Positions 57,475 through 64,000 of a stretch of DNA of 64,000 nt are shown one piece after another. The stretch comes from Chthoniobacterales bacterium (lineage in GTDB: Bacteria; Verrucomicrobiota; Verrucomicrobiia; Chthoniobacterales; JACTMZ01). Positions within the stretch are counted from its first letter, which is position 1. Every line of letters starts with the position of its first letter. Made by a program: the position numbers and the translations under genes. The DNA lies in assembly GCA_044343805.1 (NCBI GenBank), contig JBIJDZ010000002.1, positions 5,402-69,401 on the forward strand. Direction: 5' to 3'. The notes beneath the pieces are model-generated. The model searched no databases and had not been told where the DNA came from. It worked only from the letters and a program-made list of their open reading frames with translations.

Positions 57475-58803
57475 ATGAAAAACCTACTTTCCCGATTCCT
57501 TGGCCCGGTCCTCGCGTCAGCCGTGGGGTTGGTATTGGCCGTTTTGGTGTTTCCGGTGCAGGCGGCGCCTGTTCCGGAAAAAACCAGCACCGACTTGGAA
57601 ACTGCTTTCTCCGACTGGTGGAATGGCAAAAAGTTTACCGGCGATTGGTTTGGAGCGCGCGATGTCCTTGAGGATCGCGGGATCAAATTCGGCGGAAGCT
57701 GGAAGTTGGCCTATTTCGGCGTGGCCGACAGCCAGAACGGCTCGGGCGGTTTCTACGGGCAAGACTTGGTCTTCAACAGCTCGGTGGATTTCTCCAAGTT
57801 GCTCGGTTTCGAGGCCTTCGAGGGGCTGGAAGGCTTCATCGAGGGACGCTGGCGTGAAAACCGACCCAATATGGGCGATCCGAACGAGCTGGTCGAGGCC
57901 AGCAGCATGTTCAACCCCTCGCCATGGTGGTCTGGGGTGGGCTGGCGCATGGTAACCTTCGGGGCGGAATACAAAACGCCCGAACTTTTCGGTATCGATG
58001 AATTTCTGACGTTGAAAGGTGGGTGGTTGCGCCCGCAGCGCGAATTCATCGACCAGCCTCTCTCCAAGCTTTTCCTCAATAACGCGATCAATAGTTCGAA
58101 GGGAATAGGCGGAAATATCCCGTTCTCGTCGAGTTTCTCGACTTGGGGGGGGACGCTGACGGTCAAGCCGGCCGACTGGCATTACACCAAAGCTGGTCTG
58201 TTCATGGCCTATCCGGGCGGCACATCGTTCAACAACAACGGTCTCATGTTCCAAGGCTCGTCGAATTCATCCCTCAACGATCTGTTTTTCATGATCGAGA
58301 CGGGCTTCACGCCGAAAATTGGCGCGGCGAAGCTTCCCGGTAAATACGCTTTCGGCTCCTATTATTATGGTGAGGACAACAAGACTTTTGGCCGTAGCAA
58401 ATACGGCTTCTATTGGCAGGCCGACCAAATGGTTTATCGCGAGCCATCCGTCGGAGACAAATTGTCCGATCAAGGTTTGCGCATGTTCAGTCTTTTCACC
58501 TACGCACCTACCTACAACGGGACTTATCCGTTTTATGCCCAGGGCGGGTTGGTTTACGAGGGCCTGATCCCGAAACGGGCCAAGGACGAACTTTATGGCG
58601 GGCTCGGGGTGGGAACATACGACCAGACCAACCAAAAGAACGCCGACCGCGACTACACGATGGTCTTGGAGGGTGGCTACAAACTTCGGGTCAACGGCTG
58701 GTCGTTCGTCTCGCCCTACATCCAATACTTGATCCAACCGGATGGATCGCAGGATGTCGCCAACGCGACGATTCTGGGGGTTCAGACCGGCATCACCTTC
58801 TGA
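57475..58803 (+). CDS. OprB-family outer-membrane porin encoded directly after pstS
   Basis: Signal peptide, then FTGDWFGARDVLEDRGIKFGGSWK...VDFSKLLGFEAFEGL, and a C-terminal GITF. Same family pattern as the porin at 7139-8389. Confidence 0.65.
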   Translation: MKNLLSRFLGPVLASAVGLVLAVLVFPVQAAPVPEKTSTDLETAFSDWWNGKKFTGDWFGARDVLEDRGIKFGGSWKLAYFGVADSQNGSGGFYGQDLVFNSSVDFSKLLGFEAFEGLEGFIEGRWRENRPNMGDPNELVEASSMFNPSPWWSGVGWRMVTFGAEYKTPELFGIDEFLTLKGGWLRPQREFIDQPLSKLFLNNAINSSKGIGGNIPFSSSFSTWGGTLTVKPADWHYTKAGLFMAYPGGTSFNNNGLMFQGSSNSSLNDLFFMIETGFTPKIGAAKLPGKYAFGSYYYGEDNKTFGRSKYGFYWQADQMVYREPSVGDKLSDQGLRMFSLFTYAPTYNGTYPFYAQGGLVYEGLIPKRAKDELYGGLGVGTYDQTNQKNADRDYTMVLEGGYKLRVNGWSFVSPYIQYLIQPDGSQDVANATILGVQTGITF

Positions 58804-58818
58804 GCGGCTTGATTGCTA

Positions 58819-58837
58819 CCCGCCGGCCGGCGGGTTT
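58819..58837 (+). terminator. Weak terminator-like hairpin after the porin gene
   Basis: CCCGCC-GGCC-GGCGGG followed only by TTT. The stem is short and the T-tract poor. Confidence 0.3.
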
Positions 58838-58875
58838 CCGCTTGCCCCGGCGCTGAGGCCTTTTACGCTGGCAGA

Positions 58876-59688
58876 ATGAAAATCGGTTTTATCGGGTGCG
58901 GCAAGATGGGCTCGGCGCTCATCCAGGGCATTCTCGCCGCGAAAATCTGCGAGCCCAAGGAGGTGCTGGTGTACGATCGTCTGGCTGAGACCTCGGAGGT
59001 CTTGGCGACGGAAAGTGGTATCCGTGTCGCCACCGGCAACCGCAAGTTGGCGGCAGCGGCCGACATTGTTTTGCTGTGTGTCAAACCCGACGATGCGGCT
59101 CCTATTCTGGCTGAAGTGTCCGGCGAGCTTGCCGGCAAGCTGCTTATATCCATCGCGGCGGGCGTCACGATCGCCGCTTTGCAAAAAGCTGCCGGATCGA
59201 AATGCCGCGTGGTCCGGGTGATGCCGAATACAGCCGTGCTGGTGCAAAAAGGCGCTTCGGCTTACGCCATCGGCAAAGGCGTGGAGGAGAGCGATATTGC
59301 CGCGGTCGAAAAAATCTTCACGTCGGTCGGTCGCGCCTTCGAAGTGAAAGAGTCGTTGCTCGATGCCGTTACCGGACTGAGCGGGAGCGGTCCCGCTTAC
59401 ATTTATTTGTTCATCGAAGCCTTGGCTGATGGCGGTGTCCAGATGGGCTTGCCTCGTGATCTCGCCATAAATCTGGCCGTGCAGACGGTGGCCGGGGCGG
59501 CGGAGATGGTCTCCGAGACGATGATGCATCCGGCCGTGTTACGCGAGATGGTGACCAGTCCCGGCGGCACCACGATCGCCGGTCTGGTCGAGCTTGAGCG
59601 CTCCGGTCTGCGTTCGGCCGTGATGAGTGCCGTGCGTGCAGCCACCCTGCGGTCGCGCGAGCTGGGTGGTGACAATGACAAAGATTAA
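58876..59688 (+). CDS. proC: Pyrroline-5-carboxylate reductase
   Basis: MKIGFIGCGKMGSAL (Rossmann), VMPNTA, and SPGGTTIAGL. Confidence 0.9.
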   Translation: MKIGFIGCGKMGSALIQGILAAKICEPKEVLVYDRLAETSEVLATESGIRVATGNRKLAAAADIVLLCVKPDDAAPILAEVSGELAGKLLISIAAGVTIAALQKAAGSKCRVVRVMPNTAVLVQKGASAYAIGKGVEESDIAAVEKIFTSVGRAFEVKESLLDAVTGLSGSGPAYIYLFIEALADGGVQMGLPRDLAINLAVQTVAGAAEMVSETMMHPAVLREMVTSPGGTTIAGLVELERSGLRSAVMSAVRAATLRSRELGGDNDKD

Positions 59689-60376
59689 GCTGGCGGCGGT
59701 GCCGGCACTTTTGCTGGTTGCTTCCTTGCGGGCAGAGGAGCGGCCGGCGACGCCCATGTTTCCCCCCTTGTCGCCGGTTTCGGTGAATATACCCGCGGAG
59801 AGTAAACCCGCTGTGCCGACAGCCACCTCGGTGCAAATCGCGGCCGAAGGATCCGCTGCTTTCCAAGCCGGCAACTTTGCCGGAGCGCGCGAAGCGTATG
59901 AGCGTGTGCTCAAGCTCGAGCCGGACAATCTCACAGCTTTGGTCAATCTCGGCGCGACGCAATACCGGTTGGGGAATTTGGGTGAAGCGGAGTCATTGCT
60001 TCAACGATCTTTGCAAATCAAGCAGGACAACCCGACAGCTTGGCTCAATCTGGGGATTGTTTACCTCGGTTTAAACCAGCCGTTGCGTGCCATGGGGGCC
60101 GTCAGCTTGGCGGCCGCCGATACTCCGGAGGATCCCGTTGCGCGCAACTATCTCGGCTTGGCTGCGGGGCGCTTGGGCTGGCGGGAGGTGGCTGAGGCGC
60201 AGCTGCGCCGCGCGGTCGAGTTGCAGCCTGATTACGCCGATGCCCATTTCAATTTGGCGGTTTTTTACCTCGAGCGTACGCCGCCGGCGGTCGAACTGAC
60301 CCGGCGCCACTACCACCGGGCGCGAGAGCTTGGGGCGGCACCTGACCAATTGATCGAAAAAGCGCTGAAAAAGTAA
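59675..60376 (+). CDS. Secreted TPR-repeat protein
   Basis: Signal peptide MTKIKLAAVPALLLVASLRA, then at least four TPR-like units (e.g. AFQAGNFAGAREAYERVLKLEPDN, AWLNLGIVYLGL, AHFNLAVFYLE). Confidence 0.7.
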   Translation: MTKIKLAAVPALLLVASLRAEERPATPMFPPLSPVSVNIPAESKPAVPTATSVQIAAEGSAAFQAGNFAGAREAYERVLKLEPDNLTALVNLGATQYRLGNLGEAESLLQRSLQIKQDNPTAWLNLGIVYLGLNQPLRAMGAVSLAAADTPEDPVARNYLGLAAGRLGWREVAEAQLRRAVELQPDYADAHFNLAVFYLERTPPAVELTRRHYHRARELGAAPDQLIEKALKK

Positions 60377-60425
60377 GCCGGTCGGTTGATTCGGCCCCGC
60401 AAAACGGGCAATATTCCTTCCCCAT

Positions 60426-61223
60426 ATGCGCGCGACCATTTTGCATCTCATGGCAGCTTTGTGGCTGACCTTGTCTGTCGCGCCGGCGGCTCCACCTCCG
60501 CAGGTTCACGGGGCGTCGGCCATCCTTGTGGACGTGCGATCCGGGCGCGTGCTTTTCAACAAAAACTCCCGTGAGCGCCGGGCCGTGGCCAGCACCCAGA
60601 AACTGCTTACCGCCCTGATTGTCGCGGAGGAGGGCAACCTCTGGCAGACGGTCACTATCAAGCCGGAGGATACATCGGCCGCTCCGACCAAGCTCTATCT
60701 CAAAGCAGGACATAAATATTCGCGGCAGGATTTGCTCGCCGCTTTGCTGGTGAAAAGCGCGAACGACGTGGCCTGTGCTCTGGCCCGGGACAATGCCGGC
60801 AGCGTCGAGGCGTTCGCCGCCAAAATGAACGCCCGCGCCCGCTCCATGGGCGCCACCTCTTCGAATTTTGTGAACCCGAACGGCTTGCCGGCCGAGGGGC
60901 AGTATTCCACGGCGCGTGACATGGCGATCATCGCCCGCAATGCTTATGCCAATCCCGCGGTGCGGCGCATCGTTGCGACGAAAAGCTTCGAGTTTCGCTT
61001 TGCCGATGGTCGTGTCCGGGAATTGGTGAACACGAACAGGGTGCTGAGCATGACTTCTTTTTGTAACGGAATGAAAACAGGATACACCAATGCGGCGGGA
61101 CATTGTCTCGTGGCCAGCGGACAGGAGAACGGGCGCGATGTGATCGCGGTTGTGCTCGGAAGCAACAAGTCGAACGTCTGGAACGATTCGCAAAAACTAC
61201 TCGAATGGGGGCTCAAGCTTTGA
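60426..61223 (+). CDS. D-alanyl-D-alanine carboxypeptidase (peptidase S11, low-MW PBP)
   Basis: The SxxK (ASTQK), SxN (SAND) and KTG (KTGYT) motifs occur in the correct order and spacing. A signal peptide is present. Confidence 0.85.
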   Translation: MRATILHLMAALWLTLSVAPAAPPPQVHGASAILVDVRSGRVLFNKNSRERRAVASTQKLLTALIVAEEGNLWQTVTIKPEDTSAAPTKLYLKAGHKYSRQDLLAALLVKSANDVACALARDNAGSVEAFAAKMNARARSMGATSSNFVNPNGLPAEGQYSTARDMAIIARNAYANPAVRRIVATKSFEFRFADGRVRELVNTNRVLSMTSFCNGMKTGYTNAAGHCLVASGQENGRDVIAVVLGSNKSNVWNDSQKLLEWGLKL

Positions 61224-63241
61224 GCGCCCTTACGCCTCCATCCCAAGGTACGCGCATCGATTACGCCGTCGAGTTGAACGAGCAGCAGTTGGCCGCAGTG
61301 ACGTATCCCGGTGGCGCGGCCTTGGTCATTGCCGGGGCGGGCAGCGGCAAGACGCGCACCCTCACTTACCGCGTTGCCTGGTTGCTCGAGCACGGCGTGA
61401 AGCCGTGGAACATTTTGCTCCTCACCTTCACGAACAAGGCCGCGCGGGAAATGACCGGTCGCGTCGCCGAATTGATCGGCCCCGAGGCCGACGGCATCTG
61501 GGGTGGCACGTTCCACTCCATCGGCAATCGTATCCTCCGTCGGCATGCCGAGCTCATCGGTTTTCGTCCGGGCTTCACGATTCTCGATCGCGAAGATCAA
61601 GGCGAATTGCTCAAGAGCACGGCCCGCGATGCCGGCGCGCCTCTGCGCGACAAACGCTTTCCCAAGCCGGAGGTGCTGGCGGAATTGTTTTCCCTCTCGG
61701 TCAACACGGGCGAGCCCCTCGAGCAGGTGGTGCACGAGCGCTTCGGGTATTTCGAGGGCATCACGGACACGATCGTGGCAGTGCGCGGTGCCTACGAGCG
61801 CCGCAAGCAGGCGGCCAATGCCATGGATTTCGACGATCTGCTCACCCGCACGAACCAACTGCTTCGCGATCACCCGGAGGTTGGTGAACATTACCGCGAG
61901 CAATTCAAACATGTGCTGGTCGATGAATACCAAGACACGAACCTCGTGCAGTCCGAGTTGGTGCACCTGCTTGGGTCCAAGCACGGCAACATCATGGTGG
62001 TGGGTGACGACGCACAATCGATCTATTCGTGGCGCGGGGCGAATTTTGAAAACATCCTGAATTTTCCGAAGCGCCACGAAGCTGCCGAAACGTTTCGCAT
62101 CGAGACGAATTACCGCAGCGTTCCGGGGATTCTCGATGTGGCCAACGCGGCGATCCGTGGGAATCTCAGGCAGTTCGAAAAAAATCTGCGTGCTTGGCGC
62201 AAGGCGGGGGCGCGTCCTTTGTTGGCCGAGGTGCCGACGAACAACGACCAAGCCGCTTATGTGGCGCAGCAAATTCTCGAACTCAACCGCCAAGGCATGG
62301 ATTTTCGAGAAATGGCTGTGCTTTACCGTGCCCATTTCCACTCGATGGAAATCCAACTCGAGCTGACGCGTCGCGGGATTCCCTTCGAAGTCACCAGCGG
62401 GCTGCGCTTTTTCGAGCAGGCCCATGTGAAAGACGTTGCGGCGTTCCTCAAATTCGCGGTCAATCCAACCGACGAGACCGCTTTCCGCCGCATTGTGCGG
62501 ATGTTGCCGGGCGTCGGGGAAAAGACGGCGGACAGCCTGTGGGAAACGGTCAAAGCGGGCGCCTCCTCCTCCGCGCCGTTCGGCGAGGTAATCCGCATGG
62601 CAAAGCCGCCGGCCCGCGCGGCGAAAGTGTGGGAGCAACTGGCTGTGACGATGGAGGAAATCGCGCCCGAACGGAAACCGATCGCGCCCGACCGCGCGAT
62701 CGAGACGGTGATGGAGGCGGTTTACGAGGACTACATGAAGGCGGAATTTGCCAACTACGAAAACCGCCGTGAGGACTTGCGCACGTTGACCGGCTACGCA
62801 CGGCAATTTGCCTCGATGGATGACTTTTTGGCGCAGGTTGCTTTGCTGACCAACGTGGACGGCAAAGGCTCGAAGCAGGACACGGAGACCGACCGGGTCG
62901 TGCTGTCGTCGGTTCACCAAGCCAAAGGACTCGAGTGGCGCGCGGTATTTGTGGTCTGGCTCACCGAGGGGATGTTCCCCGGGGCTCGCTCTCTGGAAAA
63001 CGCCAACTCTCTCGAAGAAGAGCGGCGGCTTTTCTATGTGGCCGTGACACGTGGGCGGGATCATCTGCATCTATGCTACCCGCAGATCCGCCTCAACAGC
63101 GGGTATGGCGAACCCTTTCAGCGTCGCTCGCGCTTCATCGCCGAAATCCCGGCCCAGCTGCTCGACAAACCCGGAGCCGATGAATCGCCCCGGCCTGCCG
63201 CCACGCCCCAAAAAAAGGATAGCAAAGACTGGTGGTATTAG
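61205..63241 (+). CDS. UvrD/PcrA/Rep-family ATP-dependent DNA helicase
   Basis: AGAGSGKTRTL, TFTNKAAREM, VLVDEYQDTN, VVGDDAQSIYSWRGA, VHQAKGLEW and LFYVAVTRGR. The start is ATG 61205 or TTG 61220. Confidence 0.9.
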   Translation: MGAQALSALTPPSQGTRIDYAVELNEQQLAAVTYPGGAALVIAGAGSGKTRTLTYRVAWLLEHGVKPWNILLLTFTNKAAREMTGRVAELIGPEADGIWGGTFHSIGNRILRRHAELIGFRPGFTILDREDQGELLKSTARDAGAPLRDKRFPKPEVLAELFSLSVNTGEPLEQVVHERFGYFEGITDTIVAVRGAYERRKQAANAMDFDDLLTRTNQLLRDHPEVGEHYREQFKHVLVDEYQDTNLVQSELVHLLGSKHGNIMVVGDDAQSIYSWRGANFENILNFPKRHEAAETFRIETNYRSVPGILDVANAAIRGNLRQFEKNLRAWRKAGARPLLAEVPTNNDQAAYVAQQILELNRQGMDFREMAVLYRAHFHSMEIQLELTRRGIPFEVTSGLRFFEQAHVKDVAAFLKFAVNPTDETAFRRIVRMLPGVGEKTADSLWETVKAGASSSAPFGEVIRMAKPPARAAKVWEQLAVTMEEIAPERKPIAPDRAIETVMEAVYEDYMKAEFANYENRREDLRTLTGYARQFASMDDFLAQVALLTNVDGKGSKQDTETDRVVLSSVHQAKGLEWRAVFVVWLTEGMFPGARSLENANSLEEERRLFYVAVTRGRDHLHLCYPQIRLNSGYGEPFQRRSRFIAEIPAQLLDKPGADESPRPAATPQKKDSKDWWY

Positions 63242-63274
63242 AGAGCGATGAACAGCTTTTGACGGAAGAGAAAA

Positions 63275-63348
63275 TCGGGCTGCCGGGATTTGAACCCGGG
63301 ACCTCTTGAACCCCATTCAAGCGCTCTACCAAGCTGAGCCACAGCCCG
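63275..63348 (-). tRNA. tRNA-Pro (anticodon GGG)
   Basis: The reverse complement folds as: acceptor CGGGCTG/CAGCCCG, D-arm GCTC..GAGC, anticodon stem CTTGA/TCAAG with loop ATGGGGT, T-arm CCGGG-TTCAAAT-CCCGG, discriminator A. Confidence 0.9.
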
Positions 63349-63444
63349 TGGCAATGCGGACAATTTACCACGAAAGCGGCGGGCGTCCCGCAAATTTTTC
63401 GCTCGGGGCTGGACAAGCCCCGCGAGGCATGAAGTCATATTGCG

Positions 63445-64000
63445 ATGCGGTTTGTTTTTTGCCCGATGCCTCTTCTGGCGGTGGGGTTGTTGGCCGGCTG
63501 TGGCCCGGCGCAACCACCTCCGCCTGCGCCCACGCCGACACCAGCGCCGCCACCCGCACCCGAGGCGAGTCCGACGCCTTGGCCCAAGCCCACCCCGGAG
63601 CCGACGCCGTATGTGCCGCGCAAGCCGATGGAGACGGGTATGATGTTCAATGGTCTGCAATACAAATGGTCGATCGAGACGCAGCCGGGTGAAACGGCGG
63701 CACGGGACCGCAAAATCGATGATGCTTACCGCTTGGAGTTGAATCTGCGCATCCGTGAACCGCGCCCGGCGACGTCATTGGAGGACGTTCGCGTGGTCAA
63801 TCCACGATTGCCCGAGTTGTTGCCCTCGCTGTCCGGTTTGCTGGAGTCAGCCACGGTGTCGCCGGCGTTTGCCAAACTTTACGAGCTGAAGTTGGATTGG
63901 CTGAAGGCGCGTCTTGAGCGTCTGGAGCTGATTTTGTCCCGCCACAATTACTACGATTGCGACACGATCCTCCAGCTCAAGCATCCCGAGACGGGGCGGC
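63445..64000 (+). CDS. Putative lipoprotein with a Pro-rich linker, 3'-truncated by the window edge
   Basis: Not in the ORF track because there is no stop in the window. My own translation gives MRFVFCPMPLLAVGLLAGCGPAQPPPPAPTPTPAPPPAPE..., open to nt 64000. Lipobox LLAGC. The downstream domain is unrecognised. Confidence 0.5.
   Translation, partial: MRFVFCPMPLLAVGLLAGCGPAQPPPPAPTPTPAPPPAPEASPTPWPKPTPEPTPYVPRKPMETGMMFNGLQYKWSIETQPGETAARDRKIDDAYRLELNLRIREPRPATSLEDVRVVNPRLPELLPSLSGLLESATVSPAFAKLYELKLDWLKARLERLELILSRHNYYDCDTILQLKHPETGR

Noticed and set aside
60944-63070. 708-aa ORF on the minus strand, the longest unexplained ORF in the track
   Set aside because: It is exactly antisense to the UvrD-family helicase gene, whose sense frame carries all helicase motifs. 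The antisense product is Arg/His/Gly/Pro-rich with no recognisable motif. Long stop-free antisense frames are expected at this GC content.

Overview
High-GC (about 60-65% by eye) bacterial chromosomal window that is densely coding, with no mobile elements, CRISPR arrays or large repeats seen. Gene content suggests a PVC/Verrucomicrobia-like organism, but that is an inference I cannot test here. In order, the window holds: the 3' end of map, then infA-rpmJ-rpsM-rpsK-rpsD ending at a strong terminator with no rpoA/rplQ. Next come rfbC and a kinase-like gene, a convergent tRNA-Ser/tRNA-Arg pair, and a DASS-type permease coupled to a periplasmic-binding-protein-like gene. A minus-strand arsR-recG-Cu(I) P-type ATPase-OprB porin array follows, then a GT-C glycosyltransferase and a DUF192 gene. 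The centrepiece is a 17.4-kb co-directional respiratory array (15799-33172). It encodes Alternative Complex III (actABCDEF), a cbb3-type oxidase module (ccoS-ccoN-ccoO plus a monoheme cytochrome c), and an aa3-type oxidase with its assembly genes (coxB, coxA, ctaA, ctaB, an unlisted 38-aa ORF, coxC, SCO), followed by a CxxC mini-protein and a DUF420 gene. After pfkB and cysH there is a tightly packed minus-strand housekeeping array: purA-uppS-sigma54 activator-class IV aminotransferase-mfd-surA-like-pdxA, then tilS and serS. A plus-strand five-gene coupled module follows (cbpA, OB/HD hydrolase, secreted papain-like protein, secreted DUF362, squalene-synthase-like enzyme). The window ends with an EamA gene, a rearranged pst locus (pstCAB, then pstS plus a porin, each preceded by a Pho-box-like repeat), proC, a TPR gene, a D,D-carboxypeptidase, a UvrD-family helicase, tRNA-Pro and a partial lipoprotein. 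Most long ORFs in the supplied track that lie antisense to, or in alternative frames of, these genes look like high-GC artefacts. The best candidates for undescribed biology are the ACIII/cbb3/aa3 mega-array with its unassigned small proteins, the Cu-ATPase with a fused Met/Cys-rich membrane domain coupled to a porin, the papain-like/DUF362/SQS-like module, and a sigma54 activator with Glu at the phospho-acceptor position.
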